From contig OZ024755.1 of the NCBI GenBank assembly GCA_964016885.1, positions 43,462,001-43,526,000 on the forward strand: DNA of 64,000 nt, given 5' to 3'. This document shows positions 29,401 to 43,100 of this stretch, one piece after another. This DNA comes from Eledone cirrhosa (lineage: Eukaryota). The position numbers and the translations under genes were made by a program. The first letter of the stretch is position 1, and every line of letters starts with the position of its first letter. The notes beneath the pieces were generated by a model. It was given only the letters and a program-made list of their open reading frames with translations, did not search any database and had not been told where the DNA came from.

Positions 29401-32400
29401 CACTATTAGAAAGAGTCCCTAATCTTTGCATACTCACACTATTAGAAAGAGTTCCTAATCTTTCCATACTCACACTATTACAAAGAGTTCCCAATCTTTG
29501 CCTACTCACACTTTTAGAAAGAGTTCCCTATCTTTTCCTACTAACACTATTAGAAAGAGTTCCTAATCTTTGCCTACTAACACTATTAGAAAGAGTTCCT
29601 AATCTTTGCCTACTAACACTATTAGAAAGAGTTCCTAATCTTTGCATACTCACACTATTAGAAAGAGTTCCTAATCTTTGCATACTCACACTATTACAAA
29701 GAGATCCCAATCTTTGCCTACTCACACTATTAGAAAGAGTTCCTCATCTTTGCATACTCACACTATTAGAAAGAGTTCCTAATCTTTGCCTACTAACACT
29801 ATTAGAAAGAGTTCCTAATCTTTGCATACTCACACAATTAGAGAGAGTTCCTAATCTTTGCATACTCACACTATTAGAAAGAGTTCTCAATATTTGCATA
29901 CTCACACTATTAGAAAGAGTCCGTAATCTTTGCATACTCACACTATTAGAAAGAATTCCTAATAATTGCATACTCACACTATTAGAAAGAGTTCCTAATC
30001 TTTGCATACTCACACTATTAGAAAGATTTCCCAATCTTTGCCTACTCACACTATTAGAAAGAGTTCCTAATCTTTGCATACTCACACTATTACAAAGAGT
30101 TCCTAATATTTGCATACTCACGCTATTAGAAAGAGTTCCTAATCTTTTCCTACTAACACTTTTAGAAAGAGTTCCTTATCTTTTCCTACTAACACTATTA
30201 GAAATAGTTCCCAATCTTCGCCTACTAACACTATTAGAAAGAGTTCATAATCTTTGCTTACTCACACTATTCGAAAGAGTTCCTACTCTTTGCATACTAA
30301 CACTATTAGAAAGAGTTCCTAATATTTGCATACTCACACTATTAGAAAGAGTTCCCAATCTTTGCATACTCACACTATTAGAAAGAGTTCTTAATATTTG
30401 CATACTCACACTATTAGAAAGAGTCCGTAATCTTTGCATACTCACACTATTAGAAAGAATTCCTAATAATTGCATACTCACACTATTAGAAAGAGTTCCT
30501 AATCTTTGCATACTCACACTATTAGAAAGATTTCCCAATCTTTGCCTACTCACACTATTAGAAAGAGTTCCTAATCTTTGCATACTCACACTATTAGAAA
30601 GAGTTCCTAATATTTGCATACTCACGCTATTAGAAAGAGTTCCTAATCTTTTCCTACTAACACTTTTAGAAAGAGTTCCCTATCTTTTCCTACTAACACT
30701 ATTAGAAATAGTTCCCAATCTTCGCCTACTAACACTATTAGAAAGAGTTCATAATCTTTGCTTACTCACACTATTAGAAAGAGTTCCTACTCTTTGCATA
30801 CTAACACTATTAGAAAGAGTTCCTAATATTTTCATACTCACACTATTAGAAAGAGTTCCCAATCTTTGCATACTCACACTATTAGAAAGAGTTCCTAATC
30901 TTTGCAAACTCACACTATTAGAAAGAGTTCCTAATCTAATCTTTGCCTACACACACTATTAGAAAGAGTTCCTAATTTTTGGATACTCACACTATGAGAA
31001 AGAGTTCCTAATCTTTGCATACTCACACTATTACAAAGAGTTCCCAATCTTTGCCTACTAACACTATTAGAAAGAGTTCCTAATCTTTGCATACTCACAC
31101 AATTGGAAAGAGTTCCTAATCTTTGCATACTCACACTATTAGAAAGAGTTCTTAATATTTGCATACTCACACTATTAGAAAGACCGTAATCTTTGCATAC
31201 TCACACTATTAGAAAGAATTCCTAATAATTGCATACTCACACTATTAGAAAGAGTTCCTAATCTTTGCATACTCACACTATTAGAAAGATTTCCCAATCT
31301 TTGCCTACTCACACTATTAGAAAGAGTTCCTAATCTTTGCATACTCACACTATTAGAAAGAGTTCCTAATATTTGCATACTCACACTATTAGAAAGAGTT
31401 CCTCATATTTGCATACTCACACTATTAGAAAGAGTTCCTAATCTTTGCCTACTAACACTATTAGAAAGAGTTCCTAATCTTTGCATACTCACACAATTGG
31501 AGAGAGTTCCTAATCTTTGCATACTCACACTATTAGAAAGAGTTCTTAATATTTGCATACTCACACTATTAGAAAGAGTCCGTAATCTTTGCATACTCAC
31601 ACTATTAGAAAGAGTCCGTAATCTTTGCATACTCACACTATTAGAAAGAGTTCCTAATATTTGCATACTCACGCTATTAGAAAGAGTTCCTAATCTTTTC
31701 CTACTAACACTATTAGAAATAGTTCCCAATCTTCGCATACTAACACTATTAGAAAGAGTTCATAATCTTTGCTTACTCACACTATTAGAAAGAGTTCCTA
31801 CTCTTTGCATACTAACACTATTAGAAAGAGTTCCTAATATTTGCATACTCACACTATTAGAAAGAGTTCCCAATCTTTGCATACTCACACTATTAGAAAG
31901 AGTTCCTAATCTTTGCAAACTCACACTATTAGAAAGAGTTCCTAATCTAATCTTTGCCTACACACACTATTAAAAAGAGTTCCTAATTTTTGGATACTCA
32001 CACTATGTGAAAGAGTTCCTAATCTTTGCATACTCACACTATTACAAAGAGTTCCCAATCTTTGCCTACTAACACTATTAGAAAGAGTTCCTAATCTTTG
32101 CATACTCACACAATTGGAAAGAGTTCCTAATCTTTGCATACTCACACTATTAGAAAGAGTTCTTAATATTTGCATACTCACACTATTAGAAAGACCGTAA
32201 TCTTTGCATACTCACACTATTAGAAAGAATTCCTAATAATTGCATACTCACACTATTAGAAAGAGTTCCTAATCTTTGCATACTCACACTATTAGAAAGA
32301 TTTCCCAATCTTTGCCTACTCACACTATTAGAAAGAGTTCCCAATCTTCGCCTACTAACACTATTAGAAAGAGTTCATAAACTTTGCTTACTCACACTAT

Positions 32401-34186
32401 TAGAAAGAGTTCCTACTCTTTGCATACTAACACTATTAGAAAGAGTTCCTAATATTTGCATACTCACACTATTAGAAAGAGTTCCCAATCTTTGCATACT
32501 CACACTATTAGAAAGAGTTCCTAATCTTTGCAAACTAACACTATTAGAAAGAGATCCTAATCTAATCTTTGCCTACACACACTATTAGAAAGAGTTCCTA
32601 ATTTTTGGATACTCACACTACGAGAAAGAGTTCCTAATCTTTGCATACTCACACTATTACAAAGAGTTCCCAATCTTTGCCTACTCACACTATTAGAAAG
32701 AGTTCCTAATCTTTGCCTACTAACACTATTAGAAAGAGTCCCTAATCTTTGCATACTCACACTATTAGAAAGAGTTCCCAATCTTCGCCTACTAACACTA
32801 TTAGAAAGAGTTCATAATCTTTGCTTACTCACACTATTAGAAAGAGTTCCTACTCTTTGCATACTAACACTATTAGAAAGAGTTCCTAATATTTTCATAC
32901 TCACACTATTAGAAAGAGTTCCCAATCTTTGCATACTCACACTATTAGAAAGAGTTCCTAATCTTTGCAAACTCACACTATTAGAAAGAGTTCCTAATCT
33001 AATCTTTGCCTACACACACTATTAGAAAGAGTTCCTAATTTTTGGATACTCACACTATGAGAAAGAGTTCCTAATCTTTGCATACTCACACTATTACAAA
33101 GAGTTCCCAATCTTTGCCTACTAACACTATTAGAAAGAGTTCCTAATCTTTGCATACTCACACAATTGGAAAGAGTTCCTAATCTTTGCATACTCACACT
33201 ATTAGAAAGAGTTCTTAATATTTGCATACTCACACTATTAGAAAGACCGTAATCTTTGCATACTCACACTATTAGAAAGAATTCCTAATAATTGCATGCT
33301 CACACTATTAGAAAGAGTTCCTAATCTTTGCATACTCACACTATTAGAAAGATTTCCCAATCTTTGCCTACTCACACTATTAGAAAGAGTTCCTAATCTT
33401 TGCATACTCACACTATTAGAAAGAGTTCCTAATATTTGCATACTCACGCTATTAGAAAGAGTTCCTAATCTTTTCCTACTAACACTTTTAGAAAGAGTTC
33501 CTTATCTTTTCCTACTAACACTATTAGAAATAGTTCCCAATCTTCGCCTACTAACACTATTAGAAAGAGTTCATAATCTTTGCTTACTCACACTATTCGA
33601 AAGAGTTCCTACTCTTTGCATACTAACACTATTAGAAAGAGTTCCTAATATTTGCATACTCACACTATTAGAAAGAGTTCCCAATCTTTGCATCCTCACA
33701 CTATTAGAAAGAGTTCTTAATATTTGCATACTCACACTATTAGAAAGAGTCCGTAATCTTTGCATACTCACACTATTAGAAAGAATTCCTAATAATTGCA
33801 TACTCACACTATTAGAAAGTGTTCCTAATCTTTGCATACTCACACTATTAGAAAGATTTCCCAATCTTTGCCTACTCACACTATTAGAAAAAGTTCCTAA
33901 TCTTTGCATACTCACACTATTAGAAAGAGTTCCTAATATTTGCATACTCACGCTATTAGAAAGAGTTCCTAATCTTTTCCTACTAACACTTTTAGAAAGA
34001 GTTCCCTATCTTTTCCTACTAACACTATTAGAAATAGTTCCCAATCTTCGCCTACTAACACTATTAGAAAGAGTTCATAATCTTTGCTTACTCACACTAT
34101 TAGAAAGAGTTCCTACTCTTTGCATACTAACACTATTAGAAAGAGTTCCTAATATTTTCATACTCACACTATTAGAAAGAGTTCCC

Positions 34187-37100
34187 AATCTTTGCATACT
34201 CACACTATTAGAAAGAGTTCCTAATCTTTGCAAACTCACACTATTAGAAAGAGTTCCTAATCTAATCTTTGCCTACACACACTATTAGAAAGAGTTCCTA
34301 ATTTTTGGATACTCACACTATGAGAAAGAGTTCCTAATCTTTGCATACTCACACTATTACAAAGAGTTCCCAATCTTTGCCTACTAACACTATTAGAAAG
34401 AGTTCCTAATCTTTGCATACTCACACAATTGGAAAGAGTTCCTAATCTTTGCATACTCACACTATTAGAAAGAGTTCTTAATATTTGCATACTCACACTA
34501 TTAGAAAGACCGTAATCTTTGCATACTCACACTATTAGAAAGAATTCCTAATAATTGCATACTCACACTATTAGAAAGAGTTCCTAATCTTTGCATACTC
34601 ACACTATTAGAAAGATTTCCCAATCTTTGCCTACTCACACTATTAGAAAGAGTTCCTAATCTTTGCATACTCACACTATTAGAAAGAGTTCCTAATATTT
34701 GCATACTCACACTATTAGAAAGAGTTCCCAATCTTTTCCTACTAACACTTTTAGAAAGAGTTCCTTATCTTTTCCTACTAACACTATTAGAAAGAGTTCC
34801 CAATCTTCGCCTACTAACACTATTAGAAAGAGTTCATAATCTTTGCTTACTCACACTATTAGAAAGAGTTCCTAACATTTCCATACTCACACTATTAGAA
34901 AGAGTTCCCAATCTTTGCATACTCACACTATTAGAAAGAGTTCCTAATCTTTGCAAACTCACACTATTAGAAAGAGTTCCTAATCTAATCTTTGCCTACA
35001 CACACTATTAGAAAGAGTTCCTAATTTTTGGATACTCACACTATGAGAAAGAGTTCCTAATCTTTGCATACTCACACTATTACAAAGAGTTCCCAATCTT
35101 TGCCTACTCACACTATTAGAAAGAGTTCCTAATCTTTGCCTACTAACACTATTATAAAGAGTCCCTAATCTTTGCATACTCACACTATTAGAAAGAGTTC
35201 CTAATCTTTCCATACTCACACTATTACAAAGAGTTCCCAATCTTTGCCTACTCACACTTTTAGAAAGAGTTCCTTATCTTTTCCTACTAACACTATTAGA
35301 AAGAGTTTCTAATCTTTGCTTACTAACACTATTAGAAAGAGTTCCTAATCTTTGCCTACTAACACTATTAGAAAGAGTTCCTAATCTTTGCATACTCACA
35401 CTATTAGAAAGAGTTCCTAATCTTTGCATACTCACACTATTACAAAGAGATCCCAATCTTTGCCTACTCACACTATTAGAAAGAGTTCCTCATCTTTGCA
35501 TACTCACACTATTAGAAAGAGTTCCTAATCTTTGCCTACTAACACTATTAGAAAGAGTTCCTAATCTTTGCATACTCACACAATTGGAGAGAGTTCCTAA
35601 TCTTTGCATACTCACACTATTAGAAAGAGTTCTTAATATTTGCATACTCACACTATTAGAAAGAGTCCGTAATCTTTGCATACTCACACTATTAGAAAGA
35701 ATTCCTAATAATTTCATACTCACACTATTAGAAAGATTTCCTAATCTTTGCATACTCACACTATTAGAAAGATTTCCCAATCTTTGCCTACTCACACTAT
35801 TAGAAAGAGTTCCTAATCTTTGCATACTCACACTATTAGAAAGAGTTCCTAATATTTGCATACTCACGCTATTAGAAAGAGTTCCTAATCTTTTCCTACT
35901 AACACTTTTAGAAAGAGTTCCTTATCTTTTCCTACTAACACTATTAGAAATAGTTCCCAATCTTCGCCTACTAACACTATTAGAAAGAGTTCATAATCTT
36001 TGCTTACACACACTATTAGAAAGAGTTCCTAATTTTTGGATACTCACACTATGAGAAAGAGTTCCTAATCTTTGCATACTCACACTATTACAAAGAGTTC
36101 CCAATCTTTGCCTACTCACACTATTAGAAAGAGTTCCTAATTTTTGCATACTCACATTATTAGAAAGAGTTCTTAATCTTTGCATACTCACTCTATTAGA
36201 AAGAGTTCCTAATCTTTCCCTACTAACACTATTAGAAAGACTTCCTAATCTTTGCATACTCACAGTATTAGAAAGACTTACTAATCTTTGCATACTCACA
36301 CTATTAGAAAGAGTTCCTAATCTTTGCATACTCACACTATTAGAAAGAGTTCCCAATCTTTGCATACTCACACTATTAGAAAGAGTTCCTAATCTTTGCC
36401 TACTAACACTATTAGAAAGAGTTCCTAATCTTTGCCTACTAACACTATTAGAAAGAGTTCCTAATCTTTGCATACTCACACTATTAGAAAGAGTTCCTAA
36501 TCTTTGCATACTCACACTATAACAAAGAGATCACAATCTTTGCCTACTCACACTATTAGAAAGAGTTCCTAATCTTTGCATACTCACACTATTAGAAAGA
36601 GTTCCTAATCTTTGCCTACTAACACTATTAGAAAGAGTTCCTAATCTTTGCATACTCACACAATTGGAAAGAGTTCCTAATCTTTGCATACTCACACTAT
36701 TAGAAAGAGTTCTTATTCTTTGCATACTCACACTATTAGAAAGAGTCCCTAATCTTTGCATACTCACACTATTAGAAAGAATTCCTAATAATTGCATACT
36801 CACACTATTAGAAAGAGTTCCTAATCTTTGCATACTCACACTATTAAAAAGATTTCCCAATCTTTGCCTACTCACACTATTAGAAAGAGTTCCTAATCTT
36901 TGCATACTCACACTATTAGAAAGAGTTCCTAATATTTGCATACTCACACTATTAGAAAGAGTTCCTAATCTTCTCCTACTAACACTTTTAGAAAGAGTTC
37001 CTTATCTTTTCCTACTAACACTATTAGAAAGATTTCCCGATCTTTGCCTACTCACACTATTAGAAAGATTTCCTAATCTTTGCATACTCACACTATTAGA

Positions 37101-40100
37101 AAGAGTTCCTAATATTTGCATACTAACACTATTAGAAAGAGTTCATAATCTTTGCCTACTCACACTATTAGAAAGAGTTCCTAATATTTGCATACTCACA
37201 CTATTAGAAAGATTTCCTAATCTAATCTTTGCCTACACACACTATTAGAAAGAGTTCCTAATCTTTGCCTACTAACACTTTTAGAAAGAGTTCCTTATCT
37301 TTTCCTACTAACACTATTAGAAAGAGTTCCCAATCTTCGCCTACTAACACTATTAGAAAGAGTTCCTAATCTTTGCATACTCACACTATTAGAAAGAGTT
37401 CCTACTCTTTGCATACTAACACTATTAGAAAGAGTTCCTAATCTTTGCATACTCACACTATTAGAAAGAGTTCCTAATCTTTGCATACTCATACTATTAG
37501 GAAGAGTTCCTAATCTTTGCATACTCACACTATTAGAAAGAGTTCCTAATCTTTGCATACTCACACTATTAGAAAGAGTTCCTAATCTTTACATACTCAC
37601 ACTATTAGAAAGAGTTCCCAATCTTTGCATACTCACACTATTAGAAAGAGTTCCTAATCTTTGCAAACTCACACTATTAGAAAGAGTTCCTAATCTAATC
37701 TTTGCCTACATACGCTATTAGAGAATTCCTAATTTTTGCATACTCACACTATGAGAAAGAGTTCCTAATCTTAGCATACTCACACTACTAGAAATATTTC
37801 ATAATCTTTGCATACTCACACTATTAGAAAGAGTTCCTAATCTTTGCCTACTAACACTATTAGAAAGAGTTCCTAATCTTTGCATACTCACACTATTAGA
37901 AAGAGTTCCTAATCTTTGCATACTCACATTATTAGAAAGAGTTCTTATTCTTTGCATACTCACACTATTAGAAAAGTCCCTAATCTTTGCATACTCACAC
38001 TATTAGAAAGAATTCCTAATAATTGCATACTCACACTATTAGAAAGACTCCCTAATCTTTGTCTACTATCACTATTAGAAAGAGTTCCGAATCTTTGCCT
38101 ACTAACACTATTACAAAGAGTTCCCCATCTTTGCCTACTCACACTATTAGAAAGAGTTCCTAATCTTTGCACACTCACACTACTAGAAATATATCATAAT
38201 CTTTGCATACTCACACTATTAGAAAGAGTTCCTAATATTTGCATACTCACACTATTAGAAAGAGTTCCCAATCTTTGCATACTCACACTATTAGAAAGAG
38301 TTCTTAATATTTGCATACTCACACTATTAGAAAGAATTCCTAATAATTGCATACTCACACTATTAGAAAGAGTTCCTAATCTTTGCATACTCACACTATT
38401 AGAAAGATTTCCCAATCTTTGCCTACTCACACTATTAGAAAGAGTTCCTAATATTTGCATACTCACGCTATTAGAAAGAGTTCCTAATCTTTTCCTACTA
38501 ACACTTTTAGAAAGAGTTCCCTATCTTTTCCTACTAACACTATTAGAAATAGTTCCCAATCTTCGCCTACTAACACTATTAGAAAGAGTTCATAATCTTT
38601 GCTTACTCACACTATTAGAAAGAGTTCCTACTCTTTGCATACTAACACTATTAGAAAGAGTTCCTAATATTTTCATACTCACACTATTAGAAAGAGTTCC
38701 CAATCTTTGCATACTCACACTATTAGAAAGAGTTCCTAATCTTTGCAAACTCACACTATTAGAAAGAGTTCCTAATCTAATCTTTGCCTACACACACTAT
38801 TAGAAAGAGTTCCTAATTTTTGGATACTCACACTATGAGAAAGAGTTCCTAATCTTTGCATACTCACACTATTACAAAGAGTTCCCAATCTTTGCCTACT
38901 AACACTATTAGAAAGAGTTCCTAATCTTTGCATACTCACACAATTGGAAAGAGTTCCTAATTTTTGCATACTCACACTATTAGAAAGAGTTCTTAATATT
39001 TGCATACTCACACTATTAGAAAGACCGTAATCTTTGCATACTCACACTATTAGAAAGAATTCCTAATAATTGCATACTCACACTATTAGAAAGAGTTCCT
39101 AATCTTTGCATACTCACACTATTAGAAAGATTTCCCAATCTTTGCCTACTCACACTATTAGAAAGAGTTCCTAATCTTTGCATACTCACACTATTAGAAA
39201 GAGTTCCTAATATTTGCATACTCACACTATTAGAAAGAGTTCCTAATCTTTTCCTACTAACACTTTTAGAAAGAGTTCCTTATCTTTTCCTACTAACACT
39301 ATTAGAAAGAGTTCCCAATCTTCGCCTACTAACACTATTAGAAAGAGTTCATAATCTTTGCTTACTCACACTATTAGAAAGAGTTCCTACTCTTTGCATA
39401 CTAACACTATTAGAAAGAGTTCCTAATATTTGCATACTCACACTATTAGAAAGAGTTCCCAATCTTTGTATACTCACACTATTAGAAAGAGTTCCTAATC
39501 TTTGGAAACTCACACTATTAGAAAGAGTTCCTAATCTAATCTTTGCCTACACACACTATAGAAAGAGTTCCTAATTTTTGGATACTCACACTATAAGAAA
39601 GAGTTCCTAATCTCTGCATACTCACACTATTACAAAGAGTTCCCAATCTTTGCCTACTCACACTATTAGAAAGAGTTCCTAATCTTTGCCTACTAACACT
39701 ATTAGAAAGAGTCCCTAATCTTTGCATACTCACACTATTAGAAAGAGTTCCTAATCTTTCCATACTCACACTATTACAAAGAGTTCCCAATCTTTGCCTA
39801 CTCACACTTTTAGAAAGAGTTCCCAATCTTTGCCTACTCACACTATTAGAAAGAGTTCCTAATTTTTGCATACTCACATTATTAGAAAGAGTTCTTAATC
39901 TTTGCATACTCACACTATTAGAAAGAGTTCCTAATCTTTGCAAACTCACACTATTAGAAAGAGTTCCTAATCTAATCTTTGCCTACACACACTATTAGAA
40001 AGAGTTCCTAATTTTTGGATACTCACACTATGAGAAAGAGTTCCTAATCTTTGCATACTCACACTATTACAAAGAGTTCCCAATCTTTGCCTACTAACAC

Positions 40101-43100
40101 TATTAGAAAGAGTTCCTAATCTTTGCATACTCACACAATTGGAAAGAGTTCCTAATCTTTGCATACTCACACTATTAGAAAGAGTTCTTAATATTTGCAT
40201 ACTCACACTATTAGAAAGACCGTAATCTTTGCATACTCACACTATTAGAAAGAATTCCTAATAATTGCATACTCACACTATTAGAAAGAGTTCCTAATCT
40301 TTGCATACTCACACTATTAGAAAGATTTCCCAATCTTTGCCTACTCACACTATTAGAAAGAGTTCCTAATCTTTGCATACTCACACTATTAGAAAGAGTT
40401 CCTAATATTTGCATACTCACACTATTAGAAAGAGTTCCCAATCTTTTCCTACTAACACTTTTAGAAAGAGTTCCTTATCTTTTCCTACTAACACTATTAG
40501 AAAGAGTTCCCAATCTTCGCCTACTAACACTATTAGAAAGAGTTCATAATCTTTGCTTACTCACACTATTAGAAAGAGTTCCTAACATTTGCATACTCAC
40601 ACTATTAGAAAGAGTTCCCAATCTTTGCATACTCACACTATTAGAAAGAGTTCCTAATCTTTGCAAACTCACACTATTAGAAAGAGTTCCTAATCTAATC
40701 TTTGCCTACACACACTATTAGAAAGAGTTCCTAATTTTTGGATACTCACACTATGAGAAAGAGTTCCTAATCTTTGCATACTCACACTATTACAAAGAGT
40801 TCCCAATCTTTGCCTACTCACACTATTAGAAAGAGTTCCTAATCTTTGCCTACTAACACTATTATAAAGAGTCCCTAATCTTTGCATACTCACACTATTA
40901 GAAAGAGTTCCTAATCTTTCCATACTCACACTATTACAAAGAGTTCCCAATCTTTGCCTACTCACACTTTTAGAAAGAGTTCCTTATCTTTTCCTACTAA
41001 CACTATTAGAAAGAGTTTCTAATCTTTGCTTACTAACACTATTAGAAAGAGTTCCTAATCTTTGCCTACTAACACTATTAGAAAGAGTTCCTAATCTTTG
41101 CATACTCACACTATTAGAAAGAGTTCCTAATCTTTGCATACTCACACTATTACAAAGAGATCCCAATCTTTGCCTACTCACACTATTAGAAAGAGTTCCT
41201 CATCTTTGCATACTCACACTATTAGAAAGAGTTCCTAATCTTTGCCTACTAACACTATTAGAAAGAGTTCCTAATCTTTGCATACTCACACAATTGGAGA
41301 GAGTTCCTAATCTTTGCATACTCACACTATTAGAAAGAGTTCTTAATATTTGCATACTCACACTATTAGAAAGAGTCCGTAATCTTTGCATACTCACACT
41401 ATTAGAAAGAATTCCTAATAATTTCATACTCACACTATTAGAAAGATTTCCTAATCTTTGCATACTCACACTATTAGAAAGATTTCCCAATCTTTGCCTA
41501 CTCACACTATTAGAAAGAGTTCCTAATCTTTGCATACTCACACTATTAGAAAGAGTTCCTAATATTTGCATACTCACGCTATTAGAAAGAGTTCCTAATC
41601 TTTTCCTACTAACACTTTTAGAAAGAGTTCCTTATCTTTTCCTACTAACACTATTAGAAATAGTTCCCAATCTTCGCCTACTAACACTATTAGAAAGAGT
41701 TCATAATCTTTGCTTACACACACTATTAGAAAGAGTTCCTAATTTTTGGATACTCACACTATGAGAAAGAGTTCCTAATCTTTGCATACTCACACTATTA
41801 CAAAGAGTTCCCAATCTTTGCCTACTCACACTATTAGAAAGAGTTCCTAATTTTTGCATACTCACATTATTAGAAAGAGTTCTTAATCTTTGCATACTCA
41901 CTCTATTAGAAAGAGTTCCTAATCTTTCCCTACTAACACTATTAGAAAGACTTCCTAATCTTTGCATACTCACAGTATTAGAAAGACTTACTAATCTTTG
42001 CATACTCACACTATTAGAAAGAGTTCCTAATCTTTGCATACTCACACTATTAGAAAGAGTTCCCAATCTTTGCATACTCACACTATTAGAAAGAGTTCCT
42101 AATCTTTGCCTACTAACACTATTAGAAAGAGTTCCTAATCTTTGCCTACTAACACTATTAGAAAGAGTTCCTAATCTTTGCATACTCACACTATTAGAAA
42201 GAGTTCCTAATCTTTGCATACTCACACTATAACAAAGAGATCACAATCTTTGCCTACTCACACTATTAGAAAGAGTTCCTAATCTTTGCATACTCACACT
42301 ATTAGAAAGAGTTCCTAATCTTTGCCTACTAACACTATTAGAAAGAGTTCCTAATCTTTGCATACTCACACAATTGGAAAGAGTTCCTAATCTTTGCATA
42401 CTCACACTATTAGAAAGAGTTCTTATTCTTTGCATACTCACACTATTAGAAAGAGTCCCTAATCTTTGCATACTCACACTATTAGAAAGAATTCCTAATA
42501 ATTGCATACTCACACTATTAGAAAGAGTTCCTAATCTTTGCATACTCACACTATTAAAAAGATTTCCCAATCTTTGCCTACTCACACTATTAGAAAGAGT
42601 TCCTAATCTTTGCATACTCACACTATTAGAAAGAGTTCCTAATATTTGCATACTCACACTATTAGAAAGAGTTCCTAATCTTCTCCTACTAACACTTTTA
42701 GAAAGAGTTCCTTATCTTTTCCTACTAACACTATTAGAAAGATTTCCCGATCTTTGCCTACTCACACTATTAGAAAGATTTCCTAATCTTTGCATACTCA
42801 CACTATTAGAAAGAGTTCCTAATATTTGCATACTAACACTATTAGAAAGAGTTCATAATCTTTGCCTACTCACACTATTAGAAAGAGTTCCTAATATTTG
42901 CATACTCACACTATTAGAAAGATTTCCTAATCTAATCTTTGCCTACACACACTATTAGAAAGAGTTCCTAATCTTTGCCTACTAACACTTTTAGAAAGAG
43001 TTCCTTATCTTTTCCTACTAACACTATTAGAAAGAGTTCCCAATCTTCGCCTACTAACACTATTAGAAAGAGTTCCTAATCTTTGCATACTCACACTATT

